This document shows, in pieces, positions 20,252-29,026 of a DNA stretch of 64,000 bases. The stretch is taken from the NCBI GenBank assembly GCA_963666515.2, contig OY762897.2:4064001-4128000 (forward strand), in the 5' to 3' direction. Within the stretch, counting starts at the first letter, position 1. Each line of letters begins with the position of its first letter. The translations under genes were made by a program, and so were the position numbers. Under the pieces are notes generated by a model, which worked only from the letters and a program-made list of their open reading frames with translations, made no database searches and was not told the origin of the DNA. Source of the stretch: Candidatus Binatia bacterium (GTDB lineage Bacteria; Desulfobacterota; Binatia; UBA9968; JAJDTQ01).

Positions 20252-21274
20252 GTGACGGTCCAACAACAGCGCAGGAACCGCAGTCCGAGGCTGGCCGCAT
20301 GGCTGGCGCTGGCAGGCATCGGGTTGATCGCGGGTCTGTTTGTCACACAGCCCGCGGTTTCTCAGACCACGGGCGTAACGCCGGAAATCGAAATCGTCGA
20401 GGACGACGGCGGCGCGTTCGCGACGCTCACCGAATACATCAAGGATTTCCAACGCCGCGCCAACACCCAGATCGCGATCCACATGAAAGCCATCGAGCGC
20501 GGTGACGACCTCGGAGCGTTCTTCCTCGGCCTCGCCATCGCGTTCGCCTACGGCATCTTCCACGCGTTCGGACCGGGACACGGGAAGTTCATCATCGTCT
20601 CGTACTTCCTCGGCCGGGAAGCGCGGGTGATGCGCGGCGTGGTCATGGCCCTGCAGGTCGCGATCGTCCACGTCATCGCGGCCATCATCATCGTCTGGCT
20701 GGCCGACACGGTCCTCCGGGCCGGCTTCGGGATCGGGCTTTCCGAAGTGCCGGGTGTGCGCGCCGCAAGCTTTCTCATCATCGTCGGCATCGGTTTGTAC
20801 ATGATGTATCAGGCCGCGCGAACGTCAGGGGGTGCGGTCGCCGCCGGCGGGTCCGGTCATGGACATGGCCACGACCATGAGCATTCGCACGGCCACGGCA
20901 GCGGCGGCGACCATGGCCACGATCACGGCCACAGCCACGGCGGCAGGCTCGAAGGAGGCATGCTGGCCCTGGCGGCGGGCATGGTGCCCTGTCCGGGAGC
21001 CGTCCTGATCATGCTGTATGCGGTGGCCAACGACATGATCTACCCGGGGTTCCTGCTCGTGGCCGCGATGTCGCTCGGCATCGGGCTGTCGATCTGCGCG
21101 GTGGGAGTCGGAGTCATTCTCGCTCGGCAGTTCGCCATGCAGTTCATGGAGCGGTCGGGCGGAAGCCGGGGCGCCGCCGTCCTGCGCACCACGCTGAACT
21201 ACGCCGGGGCCACCTTCGTGACCCTCGTCGGACTGGTGTCCTTCATCGCATTTCTCGACGTGCCGTTGGGGTGA
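20252..21274 (+). CDS. RcnA/NicO-family nickel/cobalt transporter
   Basis: YGIFHAFGPGHGK, His-rich loop, GMVPCPGA. Confidence 0.88.
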   Translation: MTVQQQRRNRSPRLAAWLALAGIGLIAGLFVTQPAVSQTTGVTPEIEIVEDDGGAFATLTEYIKDFQRRANTQIAIHMKAIERGDDLGAFFLGLAIAFAYGIFHAFGPGHGKFIIVSYFLGREARVMRGVVMALQVAIVHVIAAIIIVWLADTVLRAGFGIGLSEVPGVRAASFLIIVGIGLYMMYQAARTSGGAVAAGGSGHGHGHDHEHSHGHGSGGDHGHDHGHSHGGRLEGGMLALAAGMVPCPGAVLIMLYAVANDMIYPGFLLVAAMSLGIGLSICAVGVGVILARQFAMQFMERSGGSRGAAVLRTTLNYAGATFVTLVGLVSFIAFLDVPLG

Positions 21275-21301
21275 GGTGGAGGCCGGCGCCAGGAACTGCC
21301 A

Positions 21302-22444
21302 ATGATACGGGTCAGCAGTCTCGAAAAGGTCTATGAAACCGCGGAGCGGGAGTCTGTCCGCGCCTTGGCCGGGATCGACTTCCAGGTCGAGGAAGGGGAG
21401 TTCTACGTTCTCCTGGGGCCGTCCGGGTGTGGCAAGAGCACGACCCTGCGGTGCATCGCGGGTTTCGAGGAGCCCACCGGCGGCGTGATCCAGATCGGCG
21501 ACCAGGTGGTGTTCTCGGACGCCGACGGGATCAACGTCCCGCCGGCCAAGCGGGACTTCGGCATCGTGTTCCAGTCCTATGCCATCTGGCCGCACATGGA
21601 CGTGTTCCACAACGTCTCGTTTCCGCTGGTGCACGGTCAGGGAAGCCGGCCGCCGCGCCGGGAGGTGCGGGAACGGGTCATGCGGGCGTTGGAGCTGACC
21701 CAGCTTCAGGACCTGGCCGACCGGCCGGCACCGTTCCTGAGCGGCGGCCAGCAGCAGCGGGTGGCCCTGGCCCGGGCGCTGGTTCGGGAGCCCAGCGTGC
21801 TGCTGCTCGACGAGCCGCTGAGCAACCTGGACGCCAAGCTCCGGGAGGAGATGCGGATGCAGATCCGCGACATCACCAAGCGGCTCAACATCACCAGCAT
21901 CTACGTCACCCACGACCAGCTCGAAGCCCTCACCATGGCCGACCGGGTCTCGGTGATGAGCACCGGCGAGATCATGCAGGAAGACTCGCCGCTGGAGATA
22001 TACAAGCACCCGGCGGGCCGGTTCGTGGCCCAGTTCATCGGCGTCGCCAACCTGATCCCGGGCCGCATCGAGTCCGTGGACGACGGCCACATGGGGCGGG
22101 TTGCGACATCGGTGGGCGTCTTCGACTGCACGCTGTCCGGCGGGCTACGGGGAGGGGACCAAGTGTCGCTGATGATCCGCCCGGAGGATGCGGTGGTTCA
22201 ACCGGAGAGCACGGGAAACTCAGGGAACGTGGTGTGCGGCGAGGTGAAATCCGTGGTCTTCGTGGGCGAGATGCTGGACTGCACCCTGTCCCTGTCCGGC
22301 CTGGACATGCGCGTCAAGGTGCACCCCTCCACCACACTGGCGGCGGGCGAGACGGTGGCGGTTCACGCGCCGCCGGAACGCTGCCACGCAATCGCGGGAG
22401 GCGAGGTTTCTTCGGAATTGAAACGAGAAGGAGACAACCTGTGA
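21302..22444 (+). CDS. ABC transporter ATP-binding protein with C-terminal TOBE domain
   Basis: [45 protein letters not shown]. Confidence 0.93.
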   Translation: MIRVSSLEKVYETAERESVRALAGIDFQVEEGEFYVLLGPSGCGKSTTLRCIAGFEEPTGGVIQIGDQVVFSDADGINVPPAKRDFGIVFQSYAIWPHMDVFHNVSFPLVHGQGSRPPRREVRERVMRALELTQLQDLADRPAPFLSGGQQQRVALARALVREPSVLLLDEPLSNLDAKLREEMRMQIRDITKRLNITSIYVTHDQLEALTMADRVSVMSTGEIMQEDSPLEIYKHPAGRFVAQFIGVANLIPGRIESVDDGHMGRVATSVGVFDCTLSGGLRGGDQVSLMIRPEDAVVQPESTGNSGNVVCGEVKSVVFVGEMLDCTLSLSGLDMRVKVHPSTTLAAGETVAVHAPPERCHAIAGGEVSSELKREGDNL

Positions 22445-23436
22445 TCATCGACATCCACAACCACATCGTCGCCGGCGAGGAGCTGAGCCGCTACCAGGCC
22501 AGCCTCATCAACAGCCGGGGCTTTCACGGCAAGCGCAAGTCTCCCGTCACCGAGGAAAGCATCAAGACGGCCACCTGGAACGGCCACAAGCACACCGAGG
22601 TGCTGGACCAGGTGGGCACGGACATGGCCTTCATCTCGCCCCGCCCCTACACCATGATGCACTCCGAGAAGCCCGAGAAGATCGTCCGCTGGTACTGCGA
22701 GGCCGTCAACGACGCCATCGCGCTCCAGGTCAAGGTCGAGCCCACCCGGTTCCGCGGCATCGCCGGCCTGCCGCAGAACGCCGGCGTCGGCCCCGAGAAC
22801 ACCTTCGAGGAGATCGACCGCTGCATCAACGAGCTGGGCATGGTGGGCATCATGATCAACCCCGACCCCGGAGAGGGAGACGGACTCACCCCCGGCATGG
22901 GCGACGAGTACTGGTATCCGCTCTACGAGAAGATGGTCGCCATGGACATCCCGGGTCTGGTCCACTCTGCGAGCTGCCGGAACCAGCGGGAGTCGTTCCA
23001 CGGCCACTTCATCACCGAGGAGAGCATCGCCATCCTCTCGCTGCTGAGCTCTAACGTCTTCACCAACTTCCCCGGCCTGAAGCTCATCATCTCCCACGGC
23101 GGCGGTTCGGTGCCCTACCAGGTGGGGCGCTGGCGCTCCCAACTCCGAGGCCCCAACAACACCGAGAACTTCGACGAGCGCCTGCGCCAGCTCTACTTCG
23201 ACTCTGCCCTCTACAACACCGAGTCCCTGGAGCTGCTCTTCAAGGTCGCCAAGCCCGACCGCTGTCTCTTCGGCAGCGAACGTCCCGGCGCCGGCTCCAA
23301 GCCCAACCCCCGCACCGGCCGCTGGTACGACGACGTCAAGCCCCTCATCGAGGAGATGGACTGGCTGAGGGAGGAGGAGAAGGCCGGGATTCTGGGAGGT
23401 AATGCGGAGAAGGTGTTCAGCCGGTTCGAGCCGTAG
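22441..23436 (+). CDS. Amidohydrolase-2 family protein, LigJ (4-oxalomesaconate hydratase)-like
   Basis: GTG start; IIDIHNH, INPDP, YWYPLYEK, IISHGGG.VPYQ.GR, LFGSE. Confidence 0.82.
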   Translation: MIIDIHNHIVAGEELSRYQASLINSRGFHGKRKSPVTEESIKTATWNGHKHTEVLDQVGTDMAFISPRPYTMMHSEKPEKIVRWYCEAVNDAIALQVKVEPTRFRGIAGLPQNAGVGPENTFEEIDRCINELGMVGIMINPDPGEGDGLTPGMGDEYWYPLYEKMVAMDIPGLVHSASCRNQRESFHGHFITEESIAILSLLSSNVFTNFPGLKLIISHGGGSVPYQVGRWRSQLRGPNNTENFDERLRQLYFDSALYNTESLELLFKVAKPDRCLFGSERPGAGSKPNPRTGRWYDDVKPLIEEMDWLREEEKAGILGGNAEKVFSRFEP

Positions 23437-23445
23437 GATAGCTGT

Positions 23446-23655
23446 ATGTCACGCACTACCGTCAACATCGACGATGAGGCGTGCACGGAAGTCATGCGCC
23501 GTTATGGACTGTCTACCAAGCGGGAAGCTGTGAACCTTGCGCTACGAGCGCTCGCACAAGAGCCTTTCAATATACATGGGGCACGGCGTCTCGGTGGGCC
23601 GGGATGGGAGGGTGATCTCGAACAGTTTCGCGTCGGCGACTCGTGTTCCCGATAA
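23446..23655 (+). CDS. Orphan VapB-family antitoxin
   Basis: MSRTTVNIDDE..VMRRYGLSTKREAVNLALR..GWEGDL; no PIN gene follows. Confidence 0.75.
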   Translation: MSRTTVNIDDEACTEVMRRYGLSTKREAVNLALRALAQEPFNIHGARRLGGPGWEGDLEQFRVGDSCSR

Positions 23656-23755
23656 ACACAGGGAGCAAACACCCACACGTGCTACGGAGTGTCACGGGTT
23701 GACACGACCTATGTACGGGGCGATGATCGGAAACTGCCAGAATATGCGTATGTTC

Positions 23756-24484
23756 TCACGTCGAGAACGGTTTGAACACATTCAAGAGTAGGAGCTCGAT
23801 ATGGTAGGTGACGGCGTTCGCTCCGATCTTTAGCGAATTCGGGTGACTGCAGCCGTTCCGGAGGTTGAGGCAGGCTGCTAGTTCGGCCTTTACGTTTTTC
23901 CCAATCACAGAGATCGCAGCTATGCGGTCAAGAAAATCTGCCTCTCCCATTCGCCCGAGGTCGTCAGTGGTTTTTGCTGTCTTCCACTTTAAGTCAACGC
24001 GTTTCGCTTCCGTGTTGAACGCCTTCAAGTGGTTGACGAATACGTGTTGCCGAAGGACATCGACGGCCGCGAGCCACGACATTACTATAGCCGATCGAAA
24101 GAGATGGGCCTCGTAACACTTGATCGCCTCTTCGACAAAGGCGTAGGTATCGGGGTTGCCGATCTTTGCGAGTTCCTCCCGAAGCTCTGTGGCGACTTTG
24201 GCCTGAGCCGAGTTTCCGATTGGTAAACCGAGCTGACGAAGCCGTTCCAGGCCTGTTTCAGTAATTTCCCAACCGCTCGGCGTGCGGATTGCGAGCCCTT
24301 TAGATCTCCGAAGAATATTGGATACGTTCCACGTCTTCGGAATACGCATGCCGCCTTCGGCCGCCCGCACACCAATCTCGTGGACTTGGCAGCCCTCAAC
24401 AAATGTTGCGAGGACCACGAGCAGCTTGTCTAGACGAGAAATATCGCGATGAAGCCAAGTTTTGAGATCGGTCTTAGATATCAC
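23756..24484 (-). CDS. Hypothetical protein B: N-terminal wHTH-like domain plus C-terminal HEPN-like domain
   Basis: WEITETGLERL wing-like motif; FVEEAIKCY..RSAIVMSW helix; LRNGCSHP (RxxxxH); AAGGA RBS before GTG. Confidence 0.7.
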   Translation of the reverse strand: MISKTDLKTWLHRDISRLDKLLVVLATFVEGCQVHEIGVRAAEGGMRIPKTWNVSNILRRSKGLAIRTPSGWEITETGLERLRQLGLPIGNSAQAKVATELREELAKIGNPDTYAFVEEAIKCYEAHLFRSAIVMSWLAAVDVLRQHVFVNHLKAFNTEAKRVDLKWKTAKTTDDLGRMGEADFLDRIAAISVIGKNVKAELAACLNLRNGCSHPNSLKIGANAVTYHIELLLLNVFKPFST

Positions 24485-24557
24485 GCGCCAGCTTCCTTGC
24501 TCAATTGGCGGGAATTATAAACTCGATTGTTGCAAAAACCACGGCTGAATTTAAGAG

Positions 24558-25934
24558 TCAGGCGCGGGGCGTGAGGGCTGCGAGGGCGTGACGCAGTTCT
24601 GCTTCGAGATTCGGATTGGTATTCATCGACAGGATGAGCTTGCCGGCGGGGCGAATGATACGTCCGGCTCGTTGAATGAGGGTACGGCGCAGGGTTCCGA
24701 TTTCGCGGAAGCACCACAGGGCGGGGCGCTTGGCTGTGGTGGAACGCTCACGGGGGTGGATTCGCATCTGGAGTTCGCGGGTGAGGTTGTGAGCGAGGAT
24801 GCTGGCGAACATGTACAACTGGTTCCCGACGCGTGTTTTGACGGGCACGTAGCCCATTTGGCAGTGGGACTTCAACTCGGCGAAGATACCCTCTTGGGAT
24901 CCCCGTCCTTCGTGGAAGAGCGCCACGTTGCGTGGGCGGATTCTCTTGTTGGTGACGATGACCTTGAACTCGTACCCATGGGAGACCGGCTTGAAGAGGT
25001 CGAGTTGGATTTCCTCCTTGTCCTGGTATCGGACGGGTTTTCTGATGAAGACGAAGCGATAGCGGGTGTTCCAGGACTTGGGCTTCCAGCGGGTCTCGAA
25101 GTAGCCGAGTCCATTGGCCATGGGCCGCCATCGTTGTCTGCCTTCGATCATCCCCTTCAGTTCGGCCAAGCGCTCGAAGGGCACCGAGACGGTGAAGGTG
25201 ACACCCAGGGAGTGAAGCCGGTCGACGATATCCCTGCTGAAGAAGGCGCTGTCCATGCGCACCTCGATCCTGGCCCGGGGCAGGCTTGCGCGCACGGTGC
25301 ACACACAGCCCTGGATGAAGGCATCGGCGCCCTTGGAGTCATGGACGTTTCCCGGCCGATGGTGCACGTCGAGCACCTGGTCGGTCTGGGCCACGGTGCA
25401 AAACAGGGGGTAGTAGCTGCGCGCCCCTTTCTTCTTCTTGTTGAACCCCACCGCGGTGCCCTCGGCGTGGCGCCCGGTGCTCAAGACCGAGCCGTCGAAG
25501 TCCAGGGTGATAGTCGCGAAACCTTCGGCCACCAGGCGCTCGATGACCACCGTTCTCGACTCGGCGCGGACGTTGTCGACGCTGCACGCGTCGGCACTCT
25601 TCAGCGAGCGGCTCACGGTAGACACGTCCGGCAAGCGTTTCAGCCCAAGCAACCGCCGGACCAGTTCATCATCCCGGTAGTACGCCAAGTCTTGCAACTG
25701 TCGGTGTCCGATGATGAGATGCACCACCAGCAGCAGCAACACGACGTGGTGACCGTAGATCGGATTGGCTTTCAGGTGGCGGAAGCACCGCCCCAGCCGC
25801 TCCTTGAGACCCAGGTGGGAAAAGAAGCACTGAAAGAGGATGAGCCCCGAATACGATGTCAGTTTCTGCGGCTCGAATCGAACCTCCATGCCCAGCGTGG
25901 CTTTACCTCGAACCGCGGTTCTGCTAAGTTTCAT
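24558..25934 (-). CDS. IS1380-family DDE transposase (intact)
   Basis: LTSYSGL, LDFDGS, YYPLFC, RPGNVH, VRMDSAFF, GRGSQEGIFAELK. Confidence 0.93.
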   Translation of the reverse strand: MKLSRTAVRGKATLGMEVRFEPQKLTSYSGLILFQCFFSHLGLKERLGRCFRHLKANPIYGHHVVLLLLVVHLIIGHRQLQDLAYYRDDELVRRLLGLKRLPDVSTVSRSLKSADACSVDNVRAESRTVVIERLVAEGFATITLDFDGSVLSTGRHAEGTAVGFNKKKKGARSYYPLFCTVAQTDQVLDVHHRPGNVHDSKGADAFIQGCVCTVRASLPRARIEVRMDSAFFSRDIVDRLHSLGVTFTVSVPFERLAELKGMIEGRQRWRPMANGLGYFETRWKPKSWNTRYRFVFIRKPVRYQDKEEIQLDLFKPVSHGYEFKVIVTNKRIRPRNVALFHEGRGSQEGIFAELKSHCQMGYVPVKTRVGNQLYMFASILAHNLTRELQMRIHPRERSTTAKRPALWCFREIGTLRRTLIQRAGRIIRPAGKLILSMNTNPNLEAELRHALAALTPRA

Positions 25935-25937
25935 TTC

Positions 25938-26002
25938 GTGGTCTCCGTTTCATCGGGTATTGGGATGATACCAACGATGATTATATCAGTTTCGGAGACC
26001 AC
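25938..26002 (-). promoter_or_regulatory. IS1380 transposase promoter (extended -10) inside an RBS-sequestering inverted repeat
   Basis: Minus strand: GTGGTCTCCG..TGATATAAT..CGGAGACCACGAA-ATG. Confidence 0.7.
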
Positions 26003-26251
26003 ATCCTTGAGCTCACCTCGTTTTGTTCGAAAAAATGTCGCAACAACCCCCCTCGATTTTATCTCACGGGCGGCTGTGGCTTAGCTTCACAGATGGTGAG
26101 CCTGAGCTATTTGCCGTATGACACCGGAGAGCCTTTGTAGGACGGCCTGAGCGGGCTCTTCAAGAGGGCGTTTTGCAACTGACGGGTAAAGAATACTTGA
26201 ATACGCTCCGTGATCCTGTAGGTTCTCTAAATCAACTCAAGGGAGTATGCA

Positions 26252-27225
26252 ATGGGTAACCAGCAAGCACCGGGCAAGGCTTACAGAGAGGGGCTTTCGG
26301 TATTCGAGTTGTTCGAGATGTCCCGGACGAAGCGGCCTGTCGCTGGTTCGAGGGTGCCCGGTAGGCAGCTGGCCGGTACTGCGGGCACTGCGGTTCCGAG
26401 GACACCCACGAGGCTCCCAATGAGAAGCCTATGCCCTACCGCTGCCGGACTGCCGCAAGTACTTCAGCGTCAAGGTCGGAACGCCTATGGAATCCAGCAA
26501 GCTCCCGCTCCGCAAGTGGGTGGTCGCCGTGTACCTGATGACCACGGACCTGAAGGGCGTTTCCTCGATGAAGATGCACCGCGACTTGAAGGTCTCGCAG
26601 CCTACCGCGTGGTTCATGATTCACCGCATCCGCGAAGCATGGAACATGGACGGCGGTAAGCCTTTCCTGGGTTCGGTGGAAGTGGACGAGACCTACATGG
26701 GCGGCAAAGAGCGGAACAAGCACAACTCCAAGAAGCTCAAGGCCCGCGGGCCGGTCGGCAAGGCTGCGGCGGTGGGGATGAGGGACCGGGACAGCAACAC
26801 GGTCAGCGCGGCCGTCGTGAACAGCACGGACCGCCAGACCCTCCAGGGCGTCGTGCCATACCAGACGGCCCCGAGGGCACGGGTCTTTACCGACGAACAC
26901 GGGCCTACCGGAGTCTCCCGAATCACCAGACCGTCAAGCGCAGCGTGGGCGAGTACGTGGACGGCATGGCGCTCACACCAACGGCATCGAGTCCTTCTGG
27001 TCGTTGCTCAAGCGCGGCTACAAGGGCACCTACCACAAGATATGCGCCAAGCATCTTCAGCGCTACGTCAACGAGTTCGCCGGGCGGCACAACGTCCGGT
27101 CTAGGGACACCCTGGAGCAGATGCGCGCCGTCGCCTGCGGGTTCACCGGGAAGCCGTTGCGGCTCCAGGACCTGATCGCCAGCCCGGACAAGGACGTGCC
27201 CGTCGCGGGTAGCGGCGTGTTCTGA
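26252..27225 (+). pseudogene. IS1595-family transposase pseudogene
   Basis: Zn ribbon CGHCG..YRC.DCRKYFSVK, EVDETYMGG, FTDEH, TNGIESFWSLLKRG, KHLQRYVNEF lie in different frames; in-frame TAG near 26362. Confidence 0.9.
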
Positions 27226-27254
27226 TAAACCTAAACCAGGGAAGGAAGGCTCCA

Positions 27255-27472
27255 ATGGGTGAAACACAGGACTGTATCCGAAATCGTGGAATGTCCGGCG
27301 GGAGTTGATCAACAGCATCCTAGACCACGGCAACACACTAGTTGAATCTCTCAAGCGGGTACCGGAGACGCGGAGCGAGTTGACGCCTGAACGATGGAAG
27401 GGTATCTTCTCGGAAGAATTGAGGAAAGCGATGGCCCGCTACGGCAACGGTGAACCCCTACTTTCCGAGTAG
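27255..27472 (+). pseudogene. IS1595 passenger ORF 1 (about 72 aa), frameshifted near its start
   Basis: GGAAGG RBS and ATG GGT GAA, then a shifted open frame LYPKSWNVRRELINSILDH..GEPLLSE*. Confidence 0.4.
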
Positions 27473-27546
27473 GAACTGGTCACCCCGCCTGCATCACCAA
27501 CCCCGGCTGCGGTCGGTGATAATCCCCCAACATAGATGAGGCTTGC

Positions 27547-27900
27547 ATGGAATGGCTCTCAGAACTTCCTTCCTGGATATGGATCCTGACTTCTCTCCTC
27601 ACTAGCGGATGGATAGCATGTAAAGTTTCCCTTAAGGGGAGCTTCGAGGGAGAAGATCTAGCCTTCATTGTTTACTGGCTAGGGTTGGTCGCAATCATAA
27701 TCGTTCCGCAAATATGGCGGGATCCTCCCAGGATTGTTGTGATCGCTCCTGTTGCTATGGAGAAAGCAGAAGAGGAGCGCATCCGGATGCAATGCATGAT
27801 GGAAGCAATGGACCGGACCGCCACTGAAGGGGGCCCGGTGCTCCTTCGCTACAACCAAGCCTGCCTTGTGCAACATGGCTTTGTCTTGAAAGAGCGGTAG
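27547..27900 (+). CDS. IS1595 passenger ORF 2, small two-TM membrane protein
   Basis: 117 aa, two hydrophobic segments, GAGG RBS, lower GC than host genes. Confidence 0.6.
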   Translation: MEWLSELPSWIWILTSLLTSGWIACKVSLKGSFEGEDLAFIVYWLGLVAIIIVPQIWRDPPRIVVIAPVAMEKAEEERIRMQCMMEAMDRTATEGGPVLLRYNQACLVQHGFVLKER

Positions 27901-28031
27901 CGGCTGCGACTTCAGGACCTGACCGAACTGCTAATCCGGCAAGGCCACGGCCGTCCCTATGACGGCGGACGACGGCGGGGGTGGTGCTTCTGACCTTTGA
28001 CCTGACGGGCCGCTGGTGGTAGTGTGGCGTG

Positions 28032-28184
28032 ATGCCTACGAAGCCCGCCAAGAGACCGAAGCCCGAACACCGCCCGATGCCGGAGGATCCGCGCGTGCTG
28101 GCACGGGCGATGTTCCGGGCGGCTGATAGGAAGATCAACAAAGAGCGGGCAGCGGAGGAGAAGCCCGCTGCCCAAGAGGGCTAG
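28032..28184 (+). CDS. Small basic 50-aa ORF at the IS1595 right end
   Basis: MPTKPAKRPKPEHRPMPEDPRVLARAMFRAADRKINKE..; preceded by TTGACC-N17-TAGTGT at 27997-28025. Confidence 0.6.
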   Translation: MPTKPAKRPKPEHRPMPEDPRVLARAMFRAADRKINKERAAEEKPAAQEG

Positions 28185-28221
28185 GTTCGCCCCTCTAATC
28201 TACCGGCGCAAATCAGTGCCA

Positions 28222-29001
28222 TCAACTGTTCTTTATAATTCCCCAATTGGCAGTTGTGTAGACCCATACATGCTTTCCGTTTACCTCTTCCTTTTTGCGC
28301 TTGAGGCGACTGTCCCGAACCGCTTTCAGAAGGTACTTTGGAAGGCTCGTCTGTTTGACAATAATGCCACGCTCATGAAAGCGCTCCTCCAGTTGACCCA
28401 GGGTCCTTCCAACGTCGAAGAAACCGTCGGTCAGGACTTCATCGAAGACGGCTCCGGGGCGGTGACCTGGTTGTGTTGAACCCTTCGCACTCCTTGTTGG
28501 CGTTTGCTTGAGTTCCGACTCACCGTTCAGGTCTGTCGTGGTTTCGGCATGAGAATCGTTTGGATTCTTCTTGTTAGATCGCTTCTTGTGACTGGTGCTT
28601 TTTTTTGAGGGGTTCGAAACGCTGTCCTTTCGGCCAAGTTCCAGCCTGATCGCATCCAGGGCCGAAGGACGGATTGTGTATTTCCCCGATCTCGCTGTCA
28701 GAAGATTTCGGTCTTTCAGGTCCTTCAGCACCGGCCGTAGGCTACCGCCTTGTATCCCCAGCAACTCTTCCATACGCGAAGGTGCCACCTCTACGTCAAT
28801 TGCTTCGTCCAGGACAAATTGCCAACCTTGCTGGGCGACGAGGAAGATTAGTATCTTCGCCCTGCTCGAAAGCATTGTTGCGTTTGGCGTAAAGACGGTT
28901 TCGCGCTCGTCAGTGTCGTAGCGGACGTAATCGGAGATGATCGACTCAATTGCGTCCTCGGTCAGCTTAGCTTTCTGTGCGACGAGATCTTTCAATGCCA
29001 T
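28222..29001 (-). CDS. Hypothetical protein A with two predicted winged-helix-like domains; C-terminus extended 7 aa by the IS1595 IR
   Basis: GIQGGSLRPVLKDLKDRNLL..GKYTI; Lys/Ser-rich linker; DGFFDVGRTLGQL..TSLPKYLLKAVRDSRLKR..WVY; the WGIIKNS tail is IS-derived. Confidence 0.72.
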   Translation of the reverse strand: MALKDLVAQKAKLTEDAIESIISDYVRYDTDERETVFTPNATMLSSRAKILIFLVAQQGWQFVLDEAIDVEVAPSRMEELLGIQGGSLRPVLKDLKDRNLLTARSGKYTIRPSALDAIRLELGRKDSVSNPSKKSTSHKKRSNKKNPNDSHAETTTDLNGESELKQTPTRSAKGSTQPGHRPGAVFDEVLTDGFFDVGRTLGQLEERFHERGIIVKQTSLPKYLLKAVRDSRLKRKKEEVNGKHVWVYTTANWGIIKNS

Positions 29002-29026
29002 AGGAATAGACCTTTCTGTATGGATA

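Larger units (their letters stand above)
24522..26186 (-). mobile_element. IS1380-family insertion sequence, 1665 bp
   Basis: Terminal IRs CTCGATTGTTGCAAAA and CCCGTCAGTTGCAAAA (12/16 match); 4-bp direct repeat TAAA at 24518-24521 and 26187-26190. Confidence 0.9.
24510..28243 (+). mobile_element. IS1595-family element with passenger genes; left IR interrupted by IS1380
   Basis: Rebuilt IRL GGGAATTATAAA|GAATACTTGA matches IRR (reverse complement) GGGAATTATAAAGAACAGTTGA; 8-bp direct repeat CAATTGGC at 24502-24509 and 28244-28251. Confidence 0.9.

Noticed and set aside
20857-20942. Repetitive CACGGC/CATGGC tract
   Set aside because: Encodes the His-Gly loop of the Ni/Co transporter; not a CRISPR array or independent repeat
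21427-23436. Apparent long fusion ORFs (21427-23436, 18116-20248, 34072-36240, 8037-9740, 32311-33744)
   Set aside because: The N-terminal parts are off-frame overlaps of the upstream gene; better starts exist internally, most with an RBS or stop-start coupling
24514-24542. Hybrid outward promoter for gene B (TATAAT in the IS1595 IR plus a -35 from IS1380)
   Set aside because: TTGCAA is only 10 nt from the -10, and no usable -35 lies at 16-18 nt
26252-27225. Programmed frameshifting in the IS1595 transposase
   Set aside because: Several separate shifts plus an in-frame TAG fit decay; some could be sequencing errors, which cannot be tested here
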